A stretch of 61,873 nucleotides of DNA, filler included. It is 12 parts of 12 records of this genome, joined end to end, with 100 filler letters (N's around TTAATTAATTAA, not from the genome) between each part and the next. Parts side by side here need not be neighbours in the genome. Positions count along the whole stretch, not along the records: positions 32,081 to 35,119 come from SRR15195285_2999; positions 35,220 to 40,002 come from SRR15195285_3001; positions 40,103 to 44,633 come from SRR15195285_3003; 9 more parts are not named here. The stretch is one strand, 5' to 3'. The notes under the pieces are model-generated. The model had not been told where the DNA came from, did not search any database, and saw only the letters and a program-made list of their open reading frames with translations. Position 1 is the stretch's first letter. Each line of letters begins with the position of its first letter. Positions 32,081 through 44,733 of this stretch are shown one piece after another. A program made the position numbers and the translations under genes.

Positions 32081-35000
32081 AAACCCAACGACCATCAATA
32101 AGCTCAAAGATGGGCAGTTGTCGCAGAACTGTCTCTGGCATACCCTCACGCTGCGCTTGCTGCTCCTGGCGCCGGCGCCGAGGGGCCTTTCGCCGACCCT
32201 GGGTACTGGCCTGTGCTGGAGTTTGTGAAACGATTTCTTCATCACTCCACCGTAAGATCAAATCGCGAAGCTCTGACCTAAGGTATGAATCAACTTCACT
32301 GTGTGTCTCTTCCATTATCGCATTTGTGGGCGAGACCCCTTTTGTAATGTCACTTTCACTTTCTGTGCTGAAATATCGCACTAGCGCACGTACAGCGGGA
32401 CTGACCTTCTCAGTCCCTTGAATATGAACCGCGAGGCGCTCAGCTGCCTGAGTTAGGAACATCACACCGTGTCGATCGAGCACGTACAGCTCATCAGCTG
32501 TGTACATGGTGCGAGAGAGGGCATGATGACTGCGAGCTACATCCATCGACATGGCAAAGTATGATGCAGACTCCTGGCCTTCGCTTTGCCTGGTAGCAGT
32601 CTCGCTATCAGCTCGGTCTGTTGGGTGTTGGTCGTACTGGCATGCTGTGATAATAGGCCAACCTGAGAAACTGCGCGCAATATCAATGCGTTCCCCACAG
32701 CTATCAACGAACGCCCAGAAAAGGTTTAGTCGCTCAACAACCTCCGCTCCAGATTTTATGCCTGATACTGCAGTCTGTTGCTGCACTCCACCGCCCCCGC
32801 TGCTGCGCTTCCTCGCATTCCGTCCTTTACCTCTGACGACTACAGCTGACTTAGATGGAGCATCGGCATGGCAGGTAGGTTTCTCGTCCAGCTCGGAATT
32901 GAGGGCCAACCTTATAGGAGTATGTGTATTGCGCCAAGCAAGTGGAAAAACATACTCCATCTGCGACGCCAGCCCTCGTATACTAAGGTGTACGATGTTG
33001 AGCTGCCCAAGGCACTGCTTGCTGCTCAGCGCTTCAAGTGCGTCGGACGGCGCATCGGGGTCGAGGAAGAGTGGAAACTTGGGCATTAGCGCACGACCAT
33101 CCACCACCACTGGCATACTACTTTCGCCCGTGGTGCTGCTGTCATCTGCAGCCAAGCTAGGTTCATGCAATGGGATCAAAGGGCACAGGTAAAGAAACAC
33201 CGAACAATTTGTGCGAGCTTGGAATGTGCCGAGACCATTGCCGTGAAGTGGCGCCAACTGGAGACCAATGAGCTGCTTGAATGCATCCTTGCGCGTCCTC
33301 CATCCTTCAAGCAGGTACGCCAGTACAGAGAATGCTTGGCCCCGGCTCAACTTGACCTTCCGACTCTTTAACATGCTGGCGACCATTGCAGGATTCGTTA
33401 CGATTAGTGAAACATTTGCTTTCGAGAACGACTTGTAGACAAATGCTGGTGGAGACACTAATCGCATGCTCTCTGTTCCCACAAGAAGCTGCCGTATCTT
33501 GTCATTGCCGTCCGACGCAAACAGACGTGCAAAGCAAACATCTTGGAACACTGCTTCAGATAGTGGCACCCACGGCTGGCGCCTGTTCGCATCATCATAG
33601 AGAACGCGACAGTCCTTCTCCGCTGCTATATGGATCGTTCTTGCTGCTAACTCCTCAAACGGGGGTTTCACCAACTCGAGGTCGGGCAATGTAGAGTACA
33701 TGACTGCCGCTTGGCACTTTGAATTCACCCCTGACAGGCTGATTAGATGGTCTGGCAGCACGTTGAGCGCCTCTGCGAAGCAAGTTGGGACCGCTTGCTC
33801 CAGCAGGTGCTGATTCCACTGAGCTTTCAAGGCTCCAGCACCAGCGGCATCGTGCGCGACCCAGAGATCACGGCGATTGCTTGACAGCGCGAATGCCGCG
33901 TGGATGTGCACGTGTAATCCGGTTGTGATGGGCAGAGGTAAGAAGCAGTACGCTCTGCCTGTAGGGTTGGCGGCATAGTGCTTCGCTACTTTGCCGCCAC
34001 ACGGACAGCTGAGTGGCACCGCAACTGCCACCCACTCATTCAAGCCGAGGCCCTGGGCGATCGCCCGCCCAGCTGTTTCCGTTGCAGAAGGCGGGTCGCT
34101 AGCAGTATGGCCGTCCGTCCAGTGCAGCATCCACTTCTCCTCTTGTAAACCAGTACTGTCACCAGTGCTACTTTCAGTGATATCAGCGGCCCTCTCATTC
34201 CGCAAACGAAGCTCATATGTGCACGAATGCTGGCGCTCCTGTCTTTCGCTGGGATTGGTGGAGTTGACAAGTTCTTCGACCTGCTGACTTGATCGTCTGC
34301 GCATCTCTCGCAGGTTAGCTCCGGCAGATCGGTCAACACCCTCGCATGTTGTTGCAGTGTTTGGTTCATGACCCATGTCGATCCACGTTCTCGCCAGCCG
34401 TTGCACTCTTCCTACTTGTTCATCTCCCGCTTTTCCTACACCAACTGTCTGGCGTGGTTCATCTTCCTTGGCCGAACCAGGGTTATGTCGAACATAGATC
34501 TCGATTTCTTCCACGCTCTTGAGGAAGAGCAACATGGAGTTCGCTGCCTTGGCAAAATCCTGTAGCATTCCCATAAGCTCGTCGTCACTGAAGGTGTGAT
34601 TCACGATGGCGGACTCTTCGGCCTGCTTCGCTGATCTCAGTGGCAACCGGAAGAGCGTACCGTCTAGCGGCTCACGCAACCTCACTGGGTCGCAGCACGG
34701 CAGTACGTCAGAGAAGGCGCTGCTGCTCTCGTCATGGGAGGCTTCCCAAACGAACGGTGCGGCCTGCGCAGGGTATGTGTCGCGAAACCTCTTCTCGATG
34801 AAGTTGCAGCGCATCCCGAGCATACCGCCAGGCAAGCTTTTGCCGTGTGGGTCGAAGATCACGAGCTGGTCGCGCGTAACGAAGCTAACCACGTCGGTGA
34901 AATGGTACGCGCAGTTGAAACCCAGCCCATACTTTCCGATCTTAGCAACGTCGTCTTGCTTCCCGCTCCGCCCCACGTGGCTGATGCTCTCGAAGTCTGC

Positions 35001-35119
35001 GTCGCTGAAGGTCGCATCGTTGTACACATACACTGCGGGTCCCTGCCACTCATCCATGGCCGGTGCAAGCAGACCACTTGCAGCGCTGCTGCCGCCGCCG
35101 CCACCACCACCGCCGCCGC
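32081..35119 (-). CDS. Sacsin-like protein (Hsp90-like ATPase sacsin repeat region), truncated at both ends
   Basis: QGPAVYVYNDATFSDADF..KIGKYGLGFNCAYHFTDVVSFVTRDQLVIFDPH; GTLFRLPLR; LLFLKSV; GRAYCFLPLPITTGLHVHIHAAFALSSNRRDLW; KAQWNQHLL. Confidence 0.92.
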
Positions 35120-35219
35120 NNNNNNNNNNNNNNNNNNNNNNNNNNNNNNNNNNNNNNNNNNNNTTAATTAATTAANNNNNNNNNNNNNNNNNNNNNNNNN
35201 NNNNNNNNNNNNNNNNNNN
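35120..35219. other. Artificial contig spacer 6
   Basis: N44-TTAATTAATTAA-N44. Confidence 0.98.
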
Positions 35220-35318
35220 AAGACGCGCTGCACAGGCGGGTGTGCCGCGGCCCCATACTTGCCATGCCCAGGCCCGCGTGGCCGGCCGCGGGGGCGCGCG
35301 CGTGGCGGCCGGACGGGA

Positions 35319-35588
35319 CTACTTGAATCGACGGGGCAACCGTCGCTTACCGTCTTTCGTGGTCACAACCACGGGTTGCCCCTTGCGCCGGTCGTAGTTT
35401 TGCTCACATAGTTTCGCCCAGCGCCGCTCTAACAGCTCAATGGCCTCGTATACCTGCTCCAGCAGGTGCTGCGTCTGCGCGCGAAAGTCCTCGTCCTGCT
35501 CCCCTTCGCAGCTGCGCTCGAGAGCGTAGCCGTCGAACACCTCCTCGTTCTCCACCACGCGGCTGCGGGCCACGGGCTCTGTCGCCAT
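35319..35588 (-). CDS. Hypothetical protein, probably the first exon of a truncated gene
   Basis: 89-aa ATG-initiated helical ORF with a GTAAGC donor near 35350; divergent from the esterase gene. Confidence 0.45.
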   Translation of the reverse strand: MATEPVARSRVVENEEVFDGYALERSCEGEQDEDFRAQTQHLLEQVYEAIELLERRWAKLCEQNYDRRKGQPVVVTTKDGKRRLPRRFK

Positions 35589-36027
35589 GCCTCCAAGCCT
35601 CCTACGCGTCTAGCCAGGGAGCACCGCCAACGCCGCCACCGCGCGAAGCACGCGCGCACCGGGGGCTGCCCACCGTCCACCGTGTACCACTACCAGAGGC
35701 TACCCCGAGCAGTAGCTACCAATTATGCCCAAACAACATGATATGAAAATTTATTGTATGGACCTACCGTGGAACTAGTCCATAATGCAGATCCGCCCCC
35801 CCTCTCCCATCCGATGGGGGAGGGTCACCGAGCTGACCTCACCCAGTGCCACCGGCGCACGAATCTTGGTATCTGCGCGTTGCGAGGAAAGATCTATTTT
35901 CATGATGGAAACGCAAAATCGCGGCCGTTGGGAGAGGGTGGAACGCGCTCGCGGCGGCGCGCGCGCGTGCGCATGTCGCATATCGTATGCACTGGGTCTG
36001 AGAGCGTGACGCCAGCCGGCGGCGGCG

Positions 36028-39000
36028 ATGCTGCAGCAACTGGCGCAGCTCGCGGCCGTCAGTGCCCTGAACATGACCCATCTCTTCGGCGACAACATGG
36101 TTCTTGACTTCCGCGAGCCAGCCGTCTACGGACGCGCTTCGCCGGGCGCTGCCATCTCAGTCTCGTTCAACGGCGCAATTGGCAAGACCGCTGCCGGCGC
36201 CGACGGCGCGTGGCGGGCGGTGCTGAGTGATAGTGCATGTGCCGACATGCCTCGCAACGCGACGCTGACCGTTGCGGACAATGCGGGTGGCTCAGCCAAA
36301 GCGGTGAACGTCGCCTGTGGCCAGGTGTTCGTATGCACCGGACAGAGCAGTGAGTGCTGAGCGGGGCCCCAGCACTGACCTGCTCGAGTTTCACATAGAG
36401 TAGATGCACTCTGTGCGGCTAACGTTCTGATGGTCCCACGTGAAAGCGTCCAGAAACCAGCTCCTTGACTGCCACCCTAGGCTGACCTCCCACCAACCCA
36501 CCAACCCACCCACGCTCATACCCTTTGGCTGCGCACTGCTGCAGATATGGAGCTGACGCTGGCCTACGTCAAGAACGGCAGTGCTGAGATCGCGGCGGCG
36601 TCGCAGCACCCCAACCTTCGCTTGTTCGCCGTCGGTCACATGAACGCCCCAATCCCGCAGCTCGACACCCCACCCACCACCCCATCGACGAACATTGCCT
36701 GCACGAACAACTGGATGCAAGCCAGCCCCGCTGCGGCCACGAACTTCTCCGCAGTGTGTTACCTCACCGTAAAACGGCTGGCTGCAATGTCACAGAAACC
36801 GGGCAATCCCGCCCCAGTGATGGGGCTAATCCACGCGCCCTACGGTGGGACCCCCATCGAAGCCTGGTCGCTCCCGTCCGGCCTCGCTAAGTGCGCGAGC
36901 GTGGGCGAGACAGGAACGCCGTTCTCTCGCACAACACCGTGGGGCCGCGCGTTCGTCGGCACTCCTTGGTGTAAAGTCGGCCCTCCGCTCTACCCCGGTG
37001 CCGTCCGTGGATTCAATCAGTCTTGTGACTCACACGGCAAAAACGAGAAGTCGTCACTATACAACGGCATGATCGCGCCACTCATCCAGACGGCGATATC
37101 CGGAGTGCTCTGGTTCCAAGGGGAGGAGAACGCCGCGGAGAATCGCAACCAGTGCGGCGGCTGCTCGTACGGAGGGGGTCCGCGGTACGCATGCCTGATG
37201 AGTGCGATGATTGAAAACTGGCGGCAGGCGTGGGTTACGAAGGACTTTCCGTTTGCAATGGTGCAACTTGCGGCGTACTATTCATCTGGTGCAGATATCA
37301 ACGCGATCCGCATCGCACAGGCGGTGGCAACTGCAACCACTGCGAACACGGGCATGGCGCTGGCGATCGACCATGGGGATCCGACCGCACCGCTCGGGCC
37401 AGTCCACTCGCGCGACAAGGAACCGATTGGCATGCGCCTGGCGGCGGCAATGTTCAAACTGCGTGGGTGTGTTAGCGACTGTAGCGACGCGTCATCATGC
37501 AAACCGCCGACATGTGTTCCATATGCCGAGGGCGCCACGCTGGCTTCCGGTGGCGTGCTTCGTACAAGCGGACCGAGCCTGACGGCCGCCGATCTGGTCG
37601 GATTTACAAACAACATCAGCACTATCAGCCTCAAGTTCAACCACTCTGTAGGTCTGCATTTTGGTAACACATCACTGTGTAACATTTCTCAGCCAGTGGG
37701 GAGCGGAAAGGTTCGCCGGAGATGCTGCGCTGCGCTGCCGGACACCATGAACCTCTGCCTTGACGGTCCTGGCGCTGCCAACGCACCGTACGATATCAAC
37801 GCCTCCGCGTGCTTCAGTGCGGAGAACATTGTGGCCGATGCAGCCACAGGGAGCGTGCAGATAGAGTCGGTGGCTATGACAGGGCCGGCAGGCTGGGTGC
37901 AGTGGAGCGCCGACCCGTATCCGGAGTGTGCGCTGCTAAATTATGCGGGCCTGCCGGCATCACCTTTCGCGGCCAAACTCGCACTGAAGCCCGAGAAGCA
38001 TCAGGCACTGAGTATGAAGGCTGACGATGAGAGTGCAAACGTGCACGATCCACCGGGAAGATCTGGATCGCCCGAGGACACGTGGATCGAGAATGACGTC
38101 GGGCTATGGACGGATACTGACGGCAATCCACTGCATGCGCACGGGGCCGGCATGTATTTTGAGAACGGCCAATACTACCTCGTGGGCAACAGCAAAATGA
38201 CCTACGACCGCCCATACTTCAACTCTTATTCGATTGCACTGTATGTGTCGAGTGACCTTGGAAACTGGACGCTGTTATCGGCGTCAATTCTCAACAAATC
38301 AGCGTTTACTGACTCAAAATTCCGCAGCGCCCTGATCAACCCGCGTGGACCCGTGCTGTTTGGTCGTCCTAAGCTCATCAAGTCCCAAGCAACGGGCCGG
38401 TACGTTCTCTGGGCTGGGTTTATGAGCAGAGGGTCTGGTGTCTGTGTCGCATCATCAGCAACGATCACTGGGAACTATGACCTCGAGAGTTGCTTCATCC
38501 CCAGTGGAGACTCAGACACTTGCGATATGACAGTGGTGCTCGACAAAGGCGAGCACTATCTCATCGCTGACACCGAACACCACTCGTACAATGGAATCAG
38601 CCGCCTCGATGCAGCAGGGACCAACTTGACAGACGTTGACTGCCTTAAAGTCCACTGCAACGGCACCTCCTCTTGTGCCATGTGGTCGCGAAAGAACACT
38701 TCTGGTGAGGCACCCGCGTTCTTCCGAGACCCGAGGAGCGGACGGGCATACCTGTGGAACTCACATCTGGCGGGCTGGGCACCTGACCCCGCCATGCTGT
38801 ACGAAGGCGAGACAGGCAGCCTCTGTGGTAGTTGATTCACGCAAAGGAACGGGCTGGATTTCGAGAGACAAAATATGGAATTCATCCTGGTTTTTCTCGG
38901 CGTTTCAATAGGAACACTGAGGATGTGTTTCTTTGTTGTGTTTTTCTGGACAGGAGCTGGCCAGCACTTTAAGCTCTTGGGCAACCCCTCGCTCAGCGAC

Positions 39001-39318
39001 ACCACTCACAACTCGCAGAGCACTTACATTCAGCCTGTCGCTCACGCGGACGGCAGCACCACCCTGCTCTACATGTCAGATCGTTGGTGCTGGGACGGTT
39101 TCGCATGGGCTGGCCAGCCGGGACACCTGCACCCCGGTACTTCGCCGACATCGAACTTCACCTGCGTCGCCAGTGGCAACGTCAGCAATGCGACATATGT
39201 GTGGCTGCCGCTTTATCCCAACGAATCGGCACCATCTGGCTGGTCGCTCCCGTGGCTTGCCCGCTGGCGGATCGGGGACCCAGCGTACAGAATCCCCGCT
39301 GGCAACGCGCAACTGTAG
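36028..39318 (+). CDS. Secreted fusion of a sialate O-acetylesterase (SASA/SGNH) and a GH43_24-like glycoside hydrolase; exons 36028-36349, 36545-38827, 38954-39318
   Basis: LFGDNMVL; CTGQS|NMEL joined across intron 1; FSAVCY; GGTPIEAW; LYNGMIAPL; GVLWFQGEEN; VHSRDK..RLA. Then WTDTDGNPLHAHGAG, RPKLI, DMTV, EAPAFF, SQSTYI, MSDRW, YVWLP (five-bladed propeller GH43). Confidence 0.88.
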
Positions 39319-40002
39319 TTTGTAATAAGTAGCTGAAGGTGCGAAAAGATGCGGCCGCTTCAACGACCCGCACAAATTGGTGCTCTGGATTTTCTACTAC
39401 CTGCAGGTAGGGTACTCATCCGACAACTCATAACCCATCCTAGTGCTCGAACAGTTCTCTCTAAACGGTAATTATAATGTATTCGTGACTGACCGTGTTT
39501 TATAGGGATTTGTGCACCGCGTACATTAGCGCACCCGCCACGCACCATTGCGTGGCTCTGTGGGTCCCCCGCCCACATTCTGATTTCTGCGTCGCGTGCC
39601 TGTTTGTACGCCTCGCAGGCCTGCATGGCGTCCCCGGCTCCTGGCACATTCGTGCCCGGCGCTACTTGAGCTCCTGAGTTTCTGGCTTCGGTTATGAACA
39701 CTCCTCTGCGAAGCTCTCCCAATGACTCGCCACGTATGTGGCGTGTGAGTCGGGACCGCACGCGAACAGGTTGCGTGCGACACCACTCGCGACCCAGACT
39801 CGGACGACTCGGACGACGAAGGGTTTGCATTTTACAGTAGCTTTCCCCTACCGGAGCGTGGTTCGCGACTGATCGTGGACAGTGACAGAGACTCCGACTG
39901 AGAATGGGCTACGATCTGAGGCCGCGTGCCCCCAAGGTACGAAGGACCGATGCAATGCTATGCCAGCTGTATGATGTGCTACCGTGCGATGTATTGAGAA
40001 CG

Positions 40003-40102
40003 NNNNNNNNNNNNNNNNNNNNNNNNNNNNNNNNNNNNNNNNNNNNTTAATTAATTAANNNNNNNNNNNNNNNNNNNNNNNNNNNNNNNNNNNNNNNNNN
40101 NN
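40003..40102. other. Artificial contig spacer 7
   Basis: N44-TTAATTAATTAA-N44. Confidence 0.98.
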
Positions 40103-40104
40103 AC

Positions 40105-43100
40105 GTGATTATTCTTATACTCTATCTCGTGCTTGCGTCGCTCGCTGAAAGTGCCTCTGTCACTCACGGGCTTGGTCCATGCAGCGCTGCTCGCCCACCG
40201 TTCTGCTCGGCTCAGGGACCACGCTTGCAACACAACTGGAGCTGTCCTCACCGTCGAGGGTTCCCGGATCCGTGTGACGTATGTTATCATAGTGCATGCG
40301 CTGGATGCAGCCAGTGCACGGGGCCATTGCCCCCACCCCCGCCCCCGCCCCCACCACCGATGGCTCCCGCCGACTGGCAGCCTCGTGTAGATGCTTCGCA
40401 TATGTTCTACAGCAACGGCGAAATTCGGGCGGGATTTACACCAGCGCTGGGCAACGGGTTCATGTCCGGCGACGCAGGTTGCTGTACCACCCACTGCCAG
40501 GATTGTGTCAAGGGGCACTGCCGTGACTGCCACTCTGTCTGCACGAACCCCTCAGACTCTACTGCCTTCGGCAGCGTTGAGCTCTCGGGCTGTGGCCGGC
40601 TGCATCTTGCGGGTGTCTTCAATGGCGCCCTCGGCAATCCTATCGGTCCAGGCGAGCCGAATCGCGCTTCGATCTCCAATCCACACTCGGTCTACGTCAA
40701 GGATGTGCTTGAGTGGGTGGGTGGAGCTCTGGACGTCGAGCGCGGCATGTTTTACAACCGCACGATAGTACGGTGCCCAGAGGATGGGGACAACGCCACG
40801 ATCACGCTGACCATGTACCACCACCGACATCATAGAAATTTGCAGGTGCTTGACATCTCAGGACCAGCTCGGGCATGCACCGTTCGGCTTGGCAACTGTT
40901 CGCTCAACAGCGAGGAGCTGGACTTCAACATCACGACAGTCTCGGGTGGTGGGCGGCGACTTGAGATTTTAGCAATGGAGCAGCCGAACACACCACCGCA
41001 CTGGGGAAATATCGACATCAACAGTGTAGCAGAAGCTAGGCCGATCTCTCCGCCTGGTTGCACAGCGGTGCCCCAGCCGTGCCCTCGACACCCTGGTCGG
41101 ACATGGTGTCGGTCCGATCCAGACCCGCACCAATGTGACAAGCCTTCTCACGGGGCATGTCCTCAATGCAAGGCAGAACCTCGTTGCTCGGCGTTGCCAC
41201 CTCCTTTTTGCAGTAGTGGCAACAAGGCCGACCATCGGGTGTTCAGCTGTGCTTATTGCGGGAGTTGCCTCAATTGCCCCAACTGCACGGTTTGCTCTGG
41301 ACCAGCATCACTGACCCCGGCATGTGAATGGCCGAACCCACCAAACCGTTGCGTGTGCTTGCACAACGCAACTTCTTGCAACGCAGATCCGTCATGTGGA
41401 TGGGTGGGTGCTAATGACAACAAGGGCGGACAGGAACAAGGGAGCTGCAAGCCCAAGGGCTGGCTGTCAGCGACAGTCGTCGGTGCTGCAGCTTCAGCTG
41501 TGCCCAACAGCATCACATTTGCCACGAATGACTCCACTCGGAGCTACCTTGCTGTCTACCGGACATCGCTGGAGCCAGCAATTACTCGCGCAACAGCAGC
41601 AGAGACAGCGGTTGCAGACCTGCAGCGCTACTCTACAATGGATCCACAAAGCCTAGAGAAGTCGCACTTGGCGGCATGGGCATCGTTGTGGCAAAGTGGA
41701 GTGGAAGTGAGTGGGAATAGAACGGTTGCATCGACTATCAACGTTACCTTCTACGCAATCTTGAGCAGTCTGAGGGAAGACACGCCATTAGGCTGTTCGC
41801 CATCAGGTCTCGCGCGCAACAACTACGAAGGGCATTCGTTTTGGTGAGCAGACGTTGCGCTGCTTTTCTATAATTTCTTTGTACTGCTTGCTGTGCCGTC
41901 TGATCATTCTGCGCGCGATATGTTTTCCTTTGATGACAGGGACTGCGAAACTTGGATACTTCCATCTATCGTTCTGCAGTGGCCTAGAATTGCCGCGTCT
42001 ATGAATGAGTACCGGTACAACCGACTGCATCCTGCACAGGAGCGCGCGAAGCAGAGAGGCTTGGCTGGAGCGATGTGGCCGTGGGAATCGGCTCTATCGG
42101 GCAGCGATATGTGCGGTCCTGGTCAGACGGAAGGTACCAACGAGATTCACATCTCGGGAGATATACCAATGGCTTTCCGTCTAACCTACCTGATGATGAA
42201 TCAGAACGAAAGTTGGCTGCGGACGGTAGCATGGCCTGTCGTGCGAGACTCCGCGAACTTTTTTGCCTCGCGAGCAGAGCGTGAACCTGTGTCTGGTAAC
42301 TACACACAGAAGCAGGTTGTGCCGCCAGACGAAGGGGCGGGGATAGTTGACGATGCGGCCTACACCAATGCCATAGCCGCGCGAACGATGCAGTTTGCAT
42401 GCATGGTCGCGGAGAAGCTCAACCTCACTGATGTGCCGGCGCCTGGATATTTCGTCTGGCGCGAGCAGGCTGCCCGGCCGTATTTGCCACTATCCTCCAG
42501 GCTAGACTCAAATGGACCAATACACCCTGAGTTTACGAACTACAGTGGATCCCCGATTGCTCAGTCAGCGGTTGCACTGATGCAGTACCCATTAGAGTGG
42601 CCGATGGGACGAGACGTTGCGATGCGTGACCTTGCGTATTATCAGGGGCGATCTTCGGGCCCGACGACAGCGGGATTTTTCACTGGAGATTCGAGCTATT
42701 CGATTGCCTGGTTGCGTGCGGGCAATCGTACTCAGGCCGACGCTCAGTTTGCCCAAGCTTTCTTTCACCTGGACCTTGCTGGTTACGGCGTCTGGATGGA
42801 GAAATGGTACTCGCATAATGATGGTGGAGCGCTTAATGAGATCAGCTCCGGCGGTGCATTCCTCCAAAACGTGCTCTATGGCTATGCTGGCGTCTCGATC
42901 GAAGCCGATGGTCTAATATTTGACCCTGGTTTACAGAGCCAACAGCAAGCGTCAGGTGCGTTTCCGCTGGTACTTCCGATGGGGATAAGTCGAATGGCAT
43001 TGCGAGGGATTGCCTTCGCTCGCTACCAGATACACTACGCATTCAACGCGACGAATATGAGCTTGACGGTTACGCGGGCTCCGTCGACGAAGGACAGTTC

Positions 43101-43221
43101 GCACAGAAAAACTGGCACGCTGCGTGTGACAGTCGCGACAGGCAGGACGCAAGCGCTCGATTTGCTGGTGACACTAGTGTTGCCGTTGCAGCGTGTGCTG
43201 GTTCACCTCGCTGCTTCCTAA
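40105..43221 (+). CDS. Secreted GH65 glycoside hydrolase (PGGHG/acid trehalase-like) with Cys-rich inserts; intron ~41845-41939; start codon probably just off the contig
   Basis: Hydrophobic signal; LGNGFM; HLAAWASLW; SPSGL..NYEGHSFW|DCETW; GAMWPWESALSG; EIHISGDI; VVPPDE; AYTNAIA; GAFLQNVLYGYAG. Confidence 0.88.
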
Positions 43222-43306
43222 TGTTAGACTGTGGCCAGCATGGCGAGCTCCTCTCGACAACACACACTCTATTTGCCACTAGTAGGCGCTACGACACACG
43301 CGTCCA

Positions 43307-44464
43307 TCAAGGAGACCCCTCCATCTCTGTCCTTGATTCCCAAATGCCGTCTGGAGATACCTGGGGTGATGCTCGCCGCTCAGAGTACAGTCGCTCAATC
43401 CCAAGCAGCTGCCGCCGAAGTGGCGACAAGCTGCCCGCGCTATCCAAGCGCTCTGCGGTACACTGTACATCTGCGCTCACTCGGTGATGGAACTGGCAGT
43501 AGTTCAAGGTCATGCATCGGCGAGCATTGGCGGAGGTGTTAACCGTCCGTGCATGCCAAGTCCTTGTGTCGAACAACAGAGCAGTGCCCGCGCGACCAGC
43601 TGCGCGGATATGGCCGGGCATGTCCTCCTTTTGTGCGTCTGGTAGCACTCGAGGGTGCAGATCGCTCAGGTGTGTCTGTGGAACGAGGGCTGTGGGTGCG
43701 CAATTCTCGGCGACGTCGTAGAAGTAGATGAACACCTTGAGCCACATTGAACGGCCAGTGGCGTTGTTATGGTAGTTCGGTCGATCTCGGTGCCACCCAA
43801 GCACGGTCTTGCCTGTGGTGAGGGCTTCGCTGTGCGCCGCACTGCCGGGGCCCATCGAGCCGAGGTTGACGGGCGGATTGTAGCGGGTCTGGACCTGCCG
43901 AATTTCGAGGTCTTCACCAATGCACTGGCTGAGCAGCGGAAGCAGGCGTGGTGGATCAATGGCATCCAGAAGGTCTGGCTCTCGCTCGAAGATAGCGGCC
44001 CCGTCCAGATCCGGCGCAAAAGTCCCGCGTGTGTCTAGGTCTGTGGCTGCCCATCGCTCGTACTCAATTTGAACCACGCGATCGTACGCCTGTTGCAAGC
44101 GAGCTAACTGCTCGCCCACCAGCACGTTTGGCACCAGCATACATCCATACGTACGGAAGTATAGCAGCTCCTCCCGCAGCGTCTGCTGCTCGGCCGTCGT
44201 CAGTCTCCCCGGCTCAACTGCCCACCGCCCCTGCTTGAAGCGAGCAGCGCTCTCCACGTCCGGCTCGAGCTTCCACTCAATCGGAGCCGAGCCAAAGCTC
44301 GGGTGGTCGGCCGCAAGCGGCTGCGTGCTGCCACCAGGGCGCAGCGTGCTGTCGCTGCTGGTCAGAGCAGCGGCTCCGTTGATGCGATCTGGCTGCTGCA
44401 GTGCCGCGAGGACGGTCGCCAGCCGCCGCCGCTGCTGCTGGGTGTGTCTCAGCGCAAACGTCAT
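43307..44464 (-). CDS. Phytanoyl-CoA dioxygenase (PhyH)-family 2OG-Fe(II) oxygenase
   Basis: FRTYGCMLVPNVL; HxD in GWHRD; LVPQTH; AGTALLFDTRTWHA; distal R in NARR. The N-terminal RLATVLAAL resembles a degenerate PTS2. Confidence 0.88.
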   Translation of the reverse strand: MTFALRHTQQQRRRLATVLAALQQPDRINGAAALTSSDSTLRPGGSTQPLAADHPSFGSAPIEWKLEPDVESAARFKQGRWAVEPGRLTTAEQQTLREELLYFRTYGCMLVPNVLVGEQLARLQQAYDRVVQIEYERWAATDLDTRGTFAPDLDGAAIFEREPDLLDAIDPPRLLPLLSQCIGEDLEIRQVQTRYNPPVNLGSMGPGSAAHSEALTTGKTVLGWHRDRPNYHNNATGRSMWLKVFIYFYDVAENCAPTALVPQTHLSDLHPRVLPDAQKEDMPGHIRAAGRAGTALLFDTRTWHARTVNTSANARRCMTLNYCQFHHRVSADVQCTAERLDSAGSLSPLRRQLLGIERLYSERRASPQVSPDGIWESRTEMEGSP

Positions 44465-44633
44465 GTTGCGCCGTTCCGGTTCCGTCCCTCGCAGCCTCGT
44501 TACCTCGGCATCGACCTGCACTTCGACGTTCTACTACAGCTGTACGCACTAGCACGGTACGAGTTGCGATGCCAGTGCCGCCCCCGTCGCGCGCAGCAAG
44601 CAACCGCGCGCGACCGGCGCGGCGCGCCGGGCG

Positions 44634-44733
44634 NNNNNNNNNNNNNNNNNNNNNNNNNNNNNNNNNNNNNNNNNNNNTTAATTAATTAANNNNNNNNNNN
44701 NNNNNNNNNNNNNNNNNNNNNNNNNNNNNNNNN
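44634..44733. other. Artificial contig spacer 8
   Basis: N44-TTAATTAATTAA-N44. Confidence 0.98.

Noticed and set aside
39360-40002. ORF 39360-39830 and the short GACTCGGAC repeat
   Set aside because: No recognisable motif; only about two repeat copies with no spacers, so not CRISPR
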